From: Parcubacteria group bacterium GW2011_GWC1_36_108
GTDB lineage: Bacteria; Patescibacteriota; Minisyncoccia; Moranbacterales; GWC2-37-73
NCBI GenBank assembly: GCA_000991245.1
Contig: LBRD01000006.1
Location: forward strand, 103,340 to 167,339
Length of the DNA: 64,000 bases
Direction: 5' to 3'
Shown here: in pieces, positions 6,468 through 16,985 of the stretch
Layout of the letters: each line of letters starts with the position of its first letter
How positions within the stretch are numbered: position 1 is the first letter of the stretch
Notes under the pieces: generated by a model
The model's database searches: none
What the model was told of the DNA's origin: nothing
What the model saw: only the letters and a program-made list of their open reading frames with translations
Translations under genes and position numbers: made by a program

Positions 6468-9299
6468 TTACGGTGCTACTTCTTGCCAAGGAATTTGACT
6501 TCCGCCAGTAGTAGTGGGCGCTGCTGCTGAACATGATGCGTTATCAGTGCAAGACTTTGTACAAGAATTTGTTGCCACACTAGTAGTATAAATATTGTCG
6601 CAAGTTGTGTTATCAGTACTACATGTCTTGTTAGTGCACCTTGTTACAACTGTTGCTGATCTTGTTCTTGATCCACCTGGACCAACACAGGTTACGGTAT
6701 AAGTTGCAGATGATGAGGATTGAGATACAGTTACATTTCCTCCTGCAATATTAGCAAAACCACCACCCATATTAGCACTTTTAGTGCAGCTTGTTGCATT
6801 AGAAACTGGAGACCAGGTCAAAGTAATATTTCTTGGCAATGCACTAATTTCAAGATCAATGATAGTTGGGTTTGCAGTTAAAGTAAATGATGGAAGAGAG
6901 GCTGGGCAGTCAGAAATACACGTTGCAGATGTTTCAGTTCCATTACAGCTTCCGTCGCCGCAAAAAGGAGCAACCGAACAATCAGAAGGACAAGTTGCAG
7001 ATGTTTCACCATTATTACAAATTCCGTCACCACAATATGGAGCTGGCGGAGGACAATCCTGAGAACATGTTACGTATGTTTCTGCTCCATTGCAAATTCC
7101 ATCATTGCAAACTGCTGTAACAGGAATAGCAGCTGTTTTAGTGGCGCTGCATTGAGGAGAATCAGCACCACCATTTTTACTCTTACAATACCAAGTCCAA
7201 GGACCAGATCCTGCAAAAGAAATAACATCCCCATAACTGCAAAGATTTGCACTTGTAGCTGTTAGTGTTGCAAATGTCCCACCAGAAGCTGATCCGCATA
7301 CACCGGCTGTTCCCGTTGTAGGGATGACGGGTGCAACTACTGTGTATGAAAAATATGAAGTTCCGTAAACCGCAGGACAATCAACTCTTTCATAACTCAA
7401 GGTATTAGCAATCAAAGGAGTACAACTATTAATTTCATAATCAATAGTATTTCCATATTCATCTATATAAGACGTTGGACATTTGTAACACTCCAAATTA
7501 TTGCCGTCAGTAAAAAAACCGGCTGTAAAAAAAGCTTGGTACGTTCCAGCAGTTGCAGGCACAGACATCCCGCTTGGATTATTATAATCAGGATTAGCGT
7601 CATATCCGAACTTTCTTCCAGCTGCAGTCACTAAACTCCCATCTGTTTTATTACTTCCCCACTTATATTCAACAAATCTGGTCGTATCAACATACCAACT
7701 AAAATATTGTGACACTGAGACTCTCATTTCCTCACCAGGAGCGTAGGTTGCTTTATTATAATTAATAGTAAATGTACCAGTTCTTAGTTTACTCTCTTGA
7801 TGAAATGATACCCAGTAGTAGAAAAGCTCGCCAGGATAAAGAGGATTAGCTGCAGGGGCATATTGAAGATTGTTAGCACGCATAGGTGCAGTCACAACCA
7901 AGGTGTCCGCGCTAGCCTCACCGGATCCAGCCAAGAAGATTCCTCCAGAGAAAAGCATCAACAATAAAAACATTCCCAGACCGCCGCGCAATTTGTCTTT
8001 GAAAACAAACACCAAAACCGCAATAAGCGATGCGAGTAGGAAAATAATCACAAACAGAATGTTTTTGGAATATTTAGCAGCTGCAACTTTTGTCTCAACG
8101 GGTTTTGATTTGATATTAAAAACATCATTGGACAATTTGTTTCCATCTTTATCAGTGATAGAAATCCTAAGAACTGGATCCAAACATTTTATTGATATTG
8201 GGATTGAAAAATTCAATTCTTTTTCTTCAGAACTTCTCGCCAGAGTTTGATTGATTTTTCCACATTCTTGTCCTGCGCCAGATTGAATCATAATATCAAT
8301 CTTTCCATCATCGAAAGTTGTTGACTCTTTGCGTAAGCTTGAAAATGAATCTGCACTTCCAGTCCAGAATAAATTAGCATTGGCGATATCGCCTTTTTCA
8401 TAGGCGTCTTTGTCTAAACGAATATTTTGAACAGTTGCGCTAAGACCGCGAACAACATAGTGAAATTCGACTTTGTTTGAAATTTGATTTCCATTTTTGT
8501 CTGCAAAAACCAAAATGCCTGAATATGCCTGAGGGTCGCTAGCTATCGATATTGGAAATTGAAATTCCTTTTTTTCACCTGGCTTAACAACAACCTCTTT
8601 TAATGAATCTTTTCTAATCTCTTTTCCAAAAGAAGAACGATAAAAAGTTGTCAGCGTTGGAGCAAGAGCGGTTTCTTGAGCAAAACTTCCAGCAACTGTG
8701 CAGTTTCCGAAAAGAGTTTCATTTTTTTCAACATCCACTCTCCCAAGCAATTCATATTTTTTCTGCGGGTCATTGTCCTCTTTCACAGTTAAGAAACAAT
8801 TAGCAACTTCCAGTGAATCTCCTTGCCCATCCAAAGTAACTTCGTTAAGTGTTGATATTGCCAAAGGAAGAGCATTACCATTTTTAGCATTCAAAACTGG
8901 AACGTATTTCCCTTTTAGATATTTTGGAGCTTCATATGTGATGTTGATTTTTTTTGTTTCATTTTCTCCTAAACTTACCACTTCGGATGAAAACACCTTC
9001 TCATCCGCAACAATATAATTGTTTTCATCAGTTCTTGTCAGGTTTATACCATAAATAACCTGGGGTTGAACACCAGTTCGATTTGAAAGATCAAATGAGA
9101 TCTTAAATACATTTCCTGCTTGCTCTGTTATTTTTGCGTCATATATGTTCACAGTAGCAACTGTGACCATCTGCAATCCCGCTTGCTCAGGTGCAGCAAC
9201 AGGCTCAACGGCAGAAACATTTTTGCTTAGCGAGAAAAATCCCACCAGCAAAAAAACAAACACCGCGACTCTTTTTAAGAAATACTTTTTTGTTTTCAT
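6468..9299 (-). CDS. Giant cell-surface protein (943 aa): signal peptide, internal TM hairpin, Cys-rich C-terminal ectodomain with CGDGxCN tandem repeats and a CGSASG...PWTWYC module
   Basis: N-terminal signal peptide MKTKKYFLKRVAVFVFLLVGFFSLSKNVSA; hydrophobic segments ILFVIIFLLASLIAVLVFVF and MFLLLMLFSGGIFLAGSG mid-protein; three ~25-aa repeats CGDGICNNGETSATCPSDC near the C-terminus. Confidence 0.8.
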   Translation of the reverse strand: MKTKKYFLKRVAVFVFLLVGFFSLSKNVSAVEPVAAPEQAGLQMVTVATVNIYDAKITEQAGNVFKISFDLSNRTGVQPQVIYGINLTRTDENNYIVADEKVFSSEVVSLGENETKKINITYEAPKYLKGKYVPVLNAKNGNALPLAISTLNEVTLDGQGDSLEVANCFLTVKEDNDPQKKYELLGRVDVEKNETLFGNCTVAGSFAQETALAPTLTTFYRSSFGKEIRKDSLKEVVVKPGEKKEFQFPISIASDPQAYSGILVFADKNGNQISNKVEFHYVVRGLSATVQNIRLDKDAYEKGDIANANLFWTGSADSFSSLRKESTTFDDGKIDIMIQSGAGQECGKINQTLARSSEEKELNFSIPISIKCLDPVLRISITDKDGNKLSNDVFNIKSKPVETKVAAAKYSKNILFVIIFLLASLIAVLVFVFKDKLRGGLGMFLLLMLFSGGIFLAGSGEASADTLVVTAPMRANNLQYAPAANPLYPGELFYYWVSFHQESKLRTGTFTINYNKATYAPGEEMRVSVSQYFSWYVDTTRFVEYKWGSNKTDGSLVTAAGRKFGYDANPDYNNPSGMSVPATAGTYQAFFTAGFFTDGNNLECYKCPTSYIDEYGNTIDYEINSCTPLIANTLSYERVDCPAVYGTSYFSYTVVAPVIPTTGTAGVCGSASGGTFATLTATSANLCSYGDVISFAGSGPWTWYCKSKNGGADSPQCSATKTAAIPVTAVCNDGICNGAETYVTCSQDCPPPAPYCGDGICNNGETSATCPSDCSVAPFCGDGSCNGTETSATCISDCPASLPSFTLTANPTIIDLEISALPRNITLTWSPVSNATSCTKSANMGGGFANIAGGNVTVSQSSSSATYTVTCVGPGGSRTRSATVVTRCTNKTCSTDNTTCDNIYTTSVATNSCTKSCTDNASCSAAAPTTTGGSQIPWQEVAP
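6887..7097. repeat. ~75-bp tandem coding repeats (x3) encoding CGDGxCNxxETxxTCxxDC modules
   Basis: Repeated peptide strings in the protein and in overlapping plus-strand ORFs 6784..7062 and 6887..7120 show DNA-level tandem duplication. Confidence 0.6.
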
Positions 9300-9449
9300 T
9301 TTTCTTTTCCCTTCTCGTCAAATTTTGCAAAGCAAAAATCAATGAGTATTATTTTAAAGTTTAATATCTGTTTTTATTATACCACAAAAAAACAAAAAAG
9401 TTATGCACACCCACCCGCATCGCTGCACGGCACAAGTAAAATAAAAACT

Positions 9450-10247
9450 TTATTTTTCAAAACTTTCCAAATATTCTGGTAAATTCAAAATCCATTTCGC
9501 CTGCTCGGGATAAAACAAGAATCTCTCCACATCCTTTACTGCTTGAGGCAAATCACTTTTAATAGCTTGCTGTTTTAAAAATTCAATCAATTCCTTCCTA
9601 TCATTAATTGCAATCCCCTTTTCCTTAAAAATTGCATAATTTGGCTCGATATTTTTTTGACTCAAAAACCATACCAAATCATAAAAATCGCGTCCTTTTT
9701 GATAAGGACGAAAGATAATCGCTAAAATCTTTTGTGCAAAAAGCGTTTCCAGGGTATTAACCATCATTGGAAATCGCTCATTAAAACTATCAGTAAATTT
9801 TGTCTGAGTTTCAATATTTTTATATGGATTATAATCAATTTCAAATTTTACTAAAATCTTTTCATCCTTTTGACCACTCAAGCCAAATTCTCTCAAAACA
9901 TTTTTAAATCTAAAGAACACAATGTGAATATTTTGTGTAGTTTTTGTCCGAATATCAACCTGAAAACCTTGCAACTCCAACTTTTTGCTGATTTCCTCAG
10001 CCAACTTTTCCAAATCAAATTCCTCTTTTTTAATCAAATCGAAATCCAAATCTTCCGAAAAACGATTAATGTTATATGCAAAACGCAAACATGTACCACC
10101 AAGAAAAGAAAGGCTATCATTATACGCGCTAAGCGAAAGAGCTTTCAAGATTTGTGTTTGTAAATATTCCAATAAAATATTTCGCTGTTGCCAGGGAATA
10201 TTTTTTTCCTCAGCATATTTTTTGAAAAATTCTTTATTTGGCAACAT
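9450..10247 (-). CDS. AbiEii/AbiGii-family nucleotidyltransferase toxin (type IV TA)
   Basis: LSFLGGTCLRFAYNINRFSEDLDFD motif typical of the AbiEii NTase; 265 aa; overlaps the upstream AbiEi-like gene. Confidence 0.8.
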   Translation of the reverse strand: MLPNKEFFKKYAEEKNIPWQQRNILLEYLQTQILKALSLSAYNDSLSFLGGTCLRFAYNINRFSEDLDFDLIKKEEFDLEKLAEEISKKLELQGFQVDIRTKTTQNIHIVFFRFKNVLREFGLSGQKDEKILVKFEIDYNPYKNIETQTKFTDSFNERFPMMVNTLETLFAQKILAIIFRPYQKGRDFYDLVWFLSQKNIEPNYAIFKEKGIAINDRKELIEFLKQQAIKSDLPQAVKDVERFLFYPEQAKWILNLPEYLESFEK

Positions 10248-10857
10248 AATATTTAATAAAGTTGTTAGTTAAAAATAATACTTTTTTATTCTCAAATGCT
10301 TTTGCAAATTTCAAAAGTTTTTTGCCATCAAATTTAAAATCTTCATTAAAACGATAACCCTGAAATTGCTGCTGACCGCCATTTAGGATATTACGATTAA
10401 GGTATAAAAAATCAACTACGGCTTTTTCAGGTAATGCTAAATTGAATGAAACGCCATTAGTCTTTTTTGTTTCAAATCCTCCAAATGCCTCCTTTTTAAT
10501 TTTTTGATAACTAAAATTGCCCACCGGTGTTGCAAACTTTTTTGTTTTTCTTGTTGTCACGGAGGTCACAGTAAAGACAGCCTCTGGAATAATTCCGTAA
10601 AAATTCAAAGCCATTTCCATACTAATATAAGAAGGTGCATAAATTTTTGTCGCAAATTCCATCATATCAAGCTTATTTTTCATTTCAGCCACAATATAAA
10701 GACCTCTTCTAAGCATAATTAAATGGCCCTTATTGATCCAGTTTTTAAGATTAACAAGGGTAGTGCTTGTGAAATTACTGCCCAAAATAAGCCTTAATTC
10801 TTTCGTTTCAAAACACGGCAGCTCTTCAATTTTTTTCCTGAATTCAAAATAATTCAT
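10234..10857 (-). CDS. AbiEi-family antitoxin/transcriptional regulator (type IV TA)
   Basis: APSYISMEMALNFYGIIPE matches the conserved AbiEi core; gene order and 14-nt overlap with the NTase are typical of abiEi-abiEii. Confidence 0.75.
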   Translation of the reverse strand: MNYFEFRKKIEELPCFETKELRLILGSNFTSTTLVNLKNWINKGHLIMLRRGLYIVAEMKNKLDMMEFATKIYAPSYISMEMALNFYGIIPEAVFTVTSVTTRKTKKFATPVGNFSYQKIKKEAFGGFETKKTNGVSFNLALPEKAVVDFLYLNRNILNGGQQQFQGYRFNEDFKFDGKKLLKFAKAFENKKVLFLTNNFIKYYVAK

Positions 10858-11134
10858 TTCTTTTTTTAATAATATTATATCAATAAAAGAATTGTACCAA
10901 ATTAGACTTACTTTGTCAATACAATATTTTTATAGCTTAATACAGCCATTTACCAAGGTTATTTTTTAAAAGTATCTTTATTATACCACAAAAAAAAACA
11001 AAAAAAGTTATGCACAGTTCTCATGCAACATATGGCATATAACATATAACATAAATACCAGCATGCAGATACAAAAAATCCATGAGGCACTTGCCGAAAT
11101 TCAAGGCTAGTTCAATAGACGCTGAACAAGAGAG

Positions 11135-11352
11135 CTAGTTTATTCTTAGAAAAGTATCGATATGTATAATATATTCCCCGAATTGTGAAATGCCTCCTTT
11201 GATATCGCTAATTAACTTTTCAACATCAATGTCTTCGTAATTATGAACAATTTTATTTCGAAGACCGGCAACTGGAGAAAATCGGATTCAATTCGTCAAT
11301 ATATACTCCTATTTTGTTTATTTTTCTTTGAATCAGTTCTTTATTGAGCATA
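11135..11352 (-). pseudogene. Degenerate HEPN (DUF86, HepT-like) toxin gene: frameshift plus internal deletion
   Basis: Hand translation: N-terminus MLNKELIQRKINKIGVYIDELNPIFSSCRSSK then stop. A second frame reads ...PVAGLRNKIVHNYEDIDVEKLISDIKGGISQFGEYIIHIDTFLRIN with the HEPN Rx4HxY motif. The N-terminus resembles the intact HEPN at 16557..16985 (MSIDKELINRKI). Start overlaps the MNT stop. Confidence 0.5.
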
Positions 11353-11754
11353 TGTTTTTTGTAATTGCTTAATTCTTTTTATATACATTTGCGACTGGAG
11401 TTCAAAAAAGGGTTTAGCTTCAAAATATGTTCGAGTGGCATAAGAATAAAAACTCGCATAAACACCTTTTTCCTCAAAAAGCACTTTGTTATTCCTTATT
11501 ATTTCTCGCAAAAGAAATGGTCCAGCTTTCACAAGATCAACATCTTCAATGTTCGGATTTTTAACAAGTTTAGCAAGATTGTGAGCTAAAGTACTCCTAT
11601 CTAGATAGCTAAGCTCTTTTTTACTAATAAATCCGAAGTCGTAGTCACTTAACTTATGCGTTTTTCCGCTTGCTTGCGAACCAAAAACTAACAAGAGTTT
11701 CAACCCATATTTTTTGACAATCTCTTCGATTTTCTTCTTATCCATTGTTTTCAT
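11341..11754 (-). CDS. Minimal nucleotidyltransferase (MntA-like antitoxin of HEPN/MNT module)
   Basis: LLLVFGSQASGKTHKLSDYDFGF is the GS...D.D signature of MNT-family NTases; 137 aa. Confidence 0.8.
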   Translation of the reverse strand: MKTMDKKKIEEIVKKYGLKLLLVFGSQASGKTHKLSDYDFGFISKKELSYLDRSTLAHNLAKLVKNPNIEDVDLVKAGPFLLREIIRNNKVLFEEKGVYASFYSYATRTYFEAKPFFELQSQMYIKRIKQLQKTYAQ

Positions 11755-12317
11755 GCTTTTATATTACCACAAATATGAGAAAAAACAATATTTACTGTCA
11801 ATTTCAGGAAAAAATTTTATTTCTATCAGTTTTTCTTCAATTTTCGAGAAGTCAAAATTATTTGAACAAGACTAATGATGACAAAGAGTGAACCCATCCA
11901 GATTGAAACAGATTCCTTGGTTGGACAAAAATTCATCCATCCTCCAGTTGAAACAGGAGCTAGCATTATGAAAATTATTGCAAACGCAAATCACAATAAT
12001 GCAAACTTCAGCCATTTAACAAAAACAATATCATAAACAAAAAAAGAAAGGGAGAAACAATAAGGACAGAAAGAAACACATGGAAGAATGTTCTTGCAAT
12101 TAAAATACTATCCCCACCAATACACTTTCCGAATTTAAAATCACATAAACTAACAAATAAACCACCCAATACAGCCAAGGAAAAAACTGTCAGCATCGCC
12201 CTCCACCAATAAGTTTTTTGCATATTTTTTATTCCCAGTTAAATCTTGCTATGCAAGAATTTTATAAAAAAAATTATGCCATTCCTAGTGAAATGAATAC
12301 GACATTCTTAACACTTC

Positions 12318-12737
12318 TTACCATTTCTTTGCTTTTCGAGATTCCCAGAAAATTATACCAAAACTTGAAATTAAAAAGATTACAGGCAATAAAAAGATCG
12401 CTAACTCCCTGATGCTAGGAAAGAACATGTCGCCTTGGGGTGACGATATTGCAATAAATATAATCGAGCTTGGTGCAAAAATAATTGCAAATTTTAACCA
12501 AGCATCAAAAATTTGTTCACGTAAAAATAGCATAATGAAAGATATAATAAAAATCGGAACAGCAAAAAATATCAATAATGTAGACAGAATGTCATGACTA
12601 TATATATATTCATCGATACAACTTGCGTCAGTTCTTTTGCAAAGTCCAAAAATCTCTGGCAATGCCAGCGCAAAACCCATCACAATTAAAATAACGGATG
12701 CAAACAAAATCCAATAAATTTTTTTCTTGTAATTCAT
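12318..12737 (-). CDS. Hypothetical small membrane protein (3-4 TM)
   Basis: Hydrophobic 139-aa ORF immediately upstream of, and co-oriented with, the giant beta-helix protein. Confidence 0.4.
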   Translation of the reverse strand: MNYKKKIYWILFASVILIVMGFALALPEIFGLCKRTDASCIDEYIYSHDILSTLLIFFAVPIFIISFIMLFLREQIFDAWLKFAIIFAPSSIIFIAISSPQGDMFFPSIRELAIFLLPVIFLISSFGIIFWESRKAKKW

Positions 12738-12767
12738 ATTTTTATTTTAACACAAATTAATTAATAA

Positions 12768-15700
12768 TTACACTGCACGTATTTTATCTATAATCCCCAT
12801 TAATTTTTCCGCCTCATCTTTCGGAATGCGAAATTTTTCAGGTGTATTAATGTCGCTGAGAATTTCGATTTGATGCTTTACATTTTCCAGCATTGCATCA
12901 GCGGCTACACTGTGACCTTTTTCCGATTGTTTTTTAGCGTTGTCTATTTTATTAATCAATCGATCTTTAACTGTCTTGTCGACATCAAGAGAGCTGATAA
13001 TTTTTTCAAAAATTCCCAACAAATCCTCTTTTTTAATCACTTCTCCTGATCGAAAAATCGCATCAGTTTCCCCATCATTGTCCACATCTATTTTCATTTC
13101 ACCAACACTTTCAGAAATTAAAACTTCCGCTTTCATTCCTTGCATAACAGGAATATTAGAAAAGGTGGTCGTTTTAACATCCTGATTACCAATAATTTCA
13201 TCAATTTCAAAAGTAAATGTTCCCAAATCTTCTCCTTTAAGGACAACGGTTTGAGCAAGATTTCCTTCCGATCCGGCATATTTTGTTTCGCCAAATTCCA
13301 TATAATACGAATTGGGAATCTGTTTTTCAAAAAATTTCAAATCAGAAATTGGATTTTTGTTTTCAATAAGTCCAGTATGCCTTCCATCTTTATCATAAAT
13401 ATGCAATGCTACGGGAGAATGCAGACGATATCGGAGACTTTTATCTTCATTTTTTACTTCCGGTTTTTCAGTCGAGATATAGTTTACTAACTCTTTTTTA
13501 TCCTGGATAATATTTTTAATGAAATCTTGCAATGGTTTGATTTCTAAGATATCCGCATGTTCCCTATTTATTTTTAAATTTGAAAGACGATTATAGCGAT
13601 TAAGATTAACATAATATTTTTCCGCATTACCATCCATTTCCACTGCGCTTGGAACGACCACTGTTTCGTCTCCATCTTGTGTGAAAAGCAATGAGCGATC
13701 GAGATTACTCAATTCATCAGGACAAAAAATAAAGTCGCAATCATCATATTTTATGCCACTAATCGTGTCCAATCCCCAACCTGCGATCTGCATAACCTCC
13801 ATACCTGTAGGAGCTTGCCACGAATCCAACGATTCATGGGTTTTCTCCGCTTGAGAGAAAAAATTATCTTTAAGTACATTTGGCGAATCTGTATCATCAA
13901 CGTCAGGCTCGGTGCGATTGCCATCGTCTCCAAGTAGAAATTTTTTAAACTCATCAAAATTATCGATATCATTTCCGAAGATTGATGGGAAGTCATAAAT
14001 ACTTTTCACATCTGTATCAAATTCAATAACAGGACTCTGAACAACATCAAAATATTTTTTTGACGGAAGAAGATTGTACGCACTAATCATATTCTCTCCA
14101 AACCCACGAGCAGTCTTCTTGTCGAGAATCAGTCCATAAAGAAAATTAGACCCATCTCCGTGGAGAAGCCCTGCTGCAGCCTTGGGTGTGCCTAACTGCG
14201 GCGTGGCAACCATAATAATACGATCCACGAGCTTTTCCTCTCCGCTTTTTTTCAAACTATCAACAATAACTTTTGCAAGCAAGCCGCCATTACTATGTCC
14301 GATAAGTGTCACTTTTCCTGTTTTTGATTCCTTTGCTGAATTTCTAATTTGATCAAGCACGTTCTCCACGCTTCCATCTTCAAGTTTAGTTCCATTATCA
14401 ACCACGTCCTCTAAGGGCTTTCGCCAATCATACGCAAAAGCTTGCCATTTATTAATGACACCATCTGCAACAATATTATCCATTGATGCCATAAAACCTT
14501 TATAAACATTATTTATTCCATATGCTTCATCCAAAATATCACGCGTATAAATGCCTGGGTCATTGCTAGATCCGTCATTTTGATTCATATATAACTGCTC
14601 AACATCTTCATTATGATTAGTTGGCTCCCATAATTGATCCTCATCGCCATCCGAATCTTTCCTGTATAAACGACTCGCCTGATGCCCCGGCAAAAACATC
14701 ACATTAGAATAGCAATTTTCCTGACAGATAGGCTCTGCTTCAAATTCAAATTTATTAACCCGAGGATAATAATCGGATCCCCCGCCAAAAACATATGAGC
14801 TATCGCAAATATTATCATTATTCAAATCTCTACAGTTAGCTTCATTTTTTTTCCAAAAATTTCCACCTATTGGAAGATCAAGATTAAAAGAATTATTTAT
14901 TGAAGAATTAATTTGAAACACTGCCGCACCCGTTCCCATAATATTATTCCCATAAAATTGATTGCTATCGCTATAGCTCAAATATGCACGTTCAAAAATG
15001 CTATTTTTAATTGTATTATTACTAGATCCTTCAAAAATAATTTTTATGTCTTCGCTAGTTGAAGCTATATTTTCAATAAGAGAATTAGCGGTATTTTTAA
15101 AATATATCAGTGCTTTGTTTTCAGATAAAGATAGATTCTTAAGAGTTACATTTTGACAATTTGTGCAATAAAAAATACCTACGTCATCTAGGTTGTCATA
15201 TATTTCATTTATTACATTTTTTATAAAATAAACCGCCTTATCTTCAACTGTATTGCTTGTATCAATATCATTATCTTCTACTTTATTACCTGATATATAA
15301 AAATTATGTTCCCCATTTCCAGACATAACATTACCAAAAAGCATGCTACTGCTGCTTTCAATCATTTCGATACCATAATATGGATTATTTTTTATCTTAT
15401 TGTTTTTTAGAATATCTCTGTTTCCACCATAAATGTAGATTCCGCCTTCTAAATTTTCAAACACTTCATTATTCTCATAAACATTACTTGTATCATAAGT
15501 ATAACCATAATTTTGAGAACTTTCGCTAATACCATTTTTATTTTCTGGACCTACAATATTATCAGTAAAAATATTTTTCGTGGAATAAAAAAGATACAAA
15601 CCAGCATTGGAATTTTTAGTTATAACATTGTTTGAAATAACATTCGCACCTGAATGATCCAAATAAGCCCCATATCGATTACCCGTTAGTGTGGCAAAAC

Positions 15701-16412
15701 TTATATTATTAAGACCAGAATAATATGAAAGATAAATCCCATAGAAAAATCCCGTTATTGTTACATTTTTAATTGTAATACCTTTTTTACCATTAACAAT
15801 AAAAACGCCAGTGCCGGTATTTTTTCCAGTAATAATATGACCGTTACCATCCAGCGTTACGTTATCACTTTTTATCTGAACAGAATCATTAACATCTTGA
15901 TTCAAAGTGCATGTTTTTAGTGTATCATTCCAAACACCAATACTTGAACAATCTCCTCCATTAACATCGGTAATAAATTTTGTGCTTTTGCGAGGCTGTA
16001 TGAATATTAAATGACGCTGGCTGATATCTTGAATGAAAGAAAATGAACCTTTTTCATCTGATACAAAAGATTGGTAAGTGTCATAGTTATCTTGATATTT
16101 ATAATAAGTCGTGTTTGGCAAAAATCCGGAAATAATCAAACTGGAGGAAATTGCCGCATTCAAATTTTCCGTTTCCAAAACAACCATTTCCGGTGCAGAT
16201 TCCATCCTGACTTTAATATTTTCGCTACTATCCAATGTTATGTTTAAATATTCACTATCAACGATTTCAAAATGCATCCCAGTTCCACTCACAGATCCAG
16301 GAAACAATTTTTCCTCATCCGCCATAACCGAAGATGTGGAAAATAAAAATATTAAAATTAGCACAATCATTATCGTAAAATATCTCGTATTTTTATCAAA
16401 AAATGTTTTCAT
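12768..16412 (-). CDS. Giant secreted protein (1214 aa): signal peptide, right-handed parallel beta-helix (PbH1) repeats, alpha/beta-hydrolase (GHSxG lipase-like) domain
   Basis: N-terminal signal peptide; long series of repeats of the NxxxTxNxIxxN type (e.g. NVISNNVITKNSNAGLYL); TLIGHSNGGLL nucleophile-elbow motif near residue 700. Confidence 0.8.
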   Translation of the reverse strand: MKTFFDKNTRYFTIMIVLILIFLFSTSSVMADEEKLFPGSVSGTGMHFEIVDSEYLNITLDSSENIKVRMESAPEMVVLETENLNAAISSSLIISGFLPNTTYYKYQDNYDTYQSFVSDEKGSFSFIQDISQRHLIFIQPRKSTKFITDVNGGDCSSIGVWNDTLKTCTLNQDVNDSVQIKSDNVTLDGNGHIITGKNTGTGVFIVNGKKGITIKNVTITGFFYGIYLSYYSGLNNISFATLTGNRYGAYLDHSGANVISNNVITKNSNAGLYLFYSTKNIFTDNIVGPENKNGISESSQNYGYTYDTSNVYENNEVFENLEGGIYIYGGNRDILKNNKIKNNPYYGIEMIESSSSMLFGNVMSGNGEHNFYISGNKVEDNDIDTSNTVEDKAVYFIKNVINEIYDNLDDVGIFYCTNCQNVTLKNLSLSENKALIYFKNTANSLIENIASTSEDIKIIFEGSSNNTIKNSIFERAYLSYSDSNQFYGNNIMGTGAAVFQINSSINNSFNLDLPIGGNFWKKNEANCRDLNNDNICDSSYVFGGGSDYYPRVNKFEFEAEPICQENCYSNVMFLPGHQASRLYRKDSDGDEDQLWEPTNHNEDVEQLYMNQNDGSSNDPGIYTRDILDEAYGINNVYKGFMASMDNIVADGVINKWQAFAYDWRKPLEDVVDNGTKLEDGSVENVLDQIRNSAKESKTGKVTLIGHSNGGLLAKVIVDSLKKSGEEKLVDRIIMVATPQLGTPKAAAGLLHGDGSNFLYGLILDKKTARGFGENMISAYNLLPSKKYFDVVQSPVIEFDTDVKSIYDFPSIFGNDIDNFDEFKKFLLGDDGNRTEPDVDDTDSPNVLKDNFFSQAEKTHESLDSWQAPTGMEVMQIAGWGLDTISGIKYDDCDFIFCPDELSNLDRSLLFTQDGDETVVVPSAVEMDGNAEKYYVNLNRYNRLSNLKINREHADILEIKPLQDFIKNIIQDKKELVNYISTEKPEVKNEDKSLRYRLHSPVALHIYDKDGRHTGLIENKNPISDLKFFEKQIPNSYYMEFGETKYAGSEGNLAQTVVLKGEDLGTFTFEIDEIIGNQDVKTTTFSNIPVMQGMKAEVLISESVGEMKIDVDNDGETDAIFRSGEVIKKEDLLGIFEKIISSLDVDKTVKDRLINKIDNAKKQSEKGHSVAADAMLENVKHQIEILSDINTPEKFRIPKDEAEKLMGIIDKIRAV

Positions 16413-16491
16413 TTTTTATATCCTTTAATATTTACACAACTCACATTGATATTATAACATCAGACAAAAAGTTTGTAAAGTTACCAGCAGC

Positions 16492-16522
16492 ACTAACATC
16501 ACAAAAATCCCAGCCACGATGG
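16492..16522. terminator. Stem-loop terminator (atcccagcc ... ggctgggg) downstream of the HEPN/MNT pair
   Basis: 8-9-bp GC-rich stem with flanking A-run and T-run; near-identical hairpin at 17441-17472. Confidence 0.5.
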
Positions 16523-16556
16523 CTGGGGTTTCAAGTTCGTCCTCTTTTGGTTTCTT

Positions 16557-16985
16557 TTACAAATCCAAAGACCTTACTATGCTTTTCAAATATTTTGGAA
16601 CGTCTTTCAAGCAAGATTCTATCGACTGAAAAACCTTTTTAGGGTCAATTTCGTCATACTCGTGCGCCAATCTGTTTCTGAGGCCTGCAGAATTTGCCAT
16701 TGTTTCAGCGAACTTGACTGTCAAATATTTCTTTCGCCCCATTTTTATAAACGAATTATAGAAATCGGTTGGGATTTCATTTTCTTTTTCCGACAAGACA
16801 TGATAATTAATATCAATCATTCTGCCTATTATTCTTTCTAAATATCTTTCCGCTAAAGCTTCGTGTTCTGATTTGCTCAAATACGTCTTCAGCGATAGCT
16901 TGCTCAAAACCTTCAAACTTTTCAGATCTGAAGTTATAAGTGTTATTTTTCTATTAATAAGTTCTTTATCAATTGACATATGCAT
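16557..16985 (-). CDS. HEPN-domain toxin (HepT/DUF86)
   Basis: AGLRNRLAHEYDEID carries the Rx4HxY HEPN motif; 142 aa; overlaps the upstream MNT gene by 17 nt. Confidence 0.85.
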   Translation of the reverse strand: MHMSIDKELINRKITLITSDLKSLKVLSKLSLKTYLSKSEHEALAERYLERIIGRMIDINYHVLSEKENEIPTDFYNSFIKMGRKKYLTVKFAETMANSAGLRNRLAHEYDEIDPKKVFQSIESCLKDVPKYLKSIVRSLDL

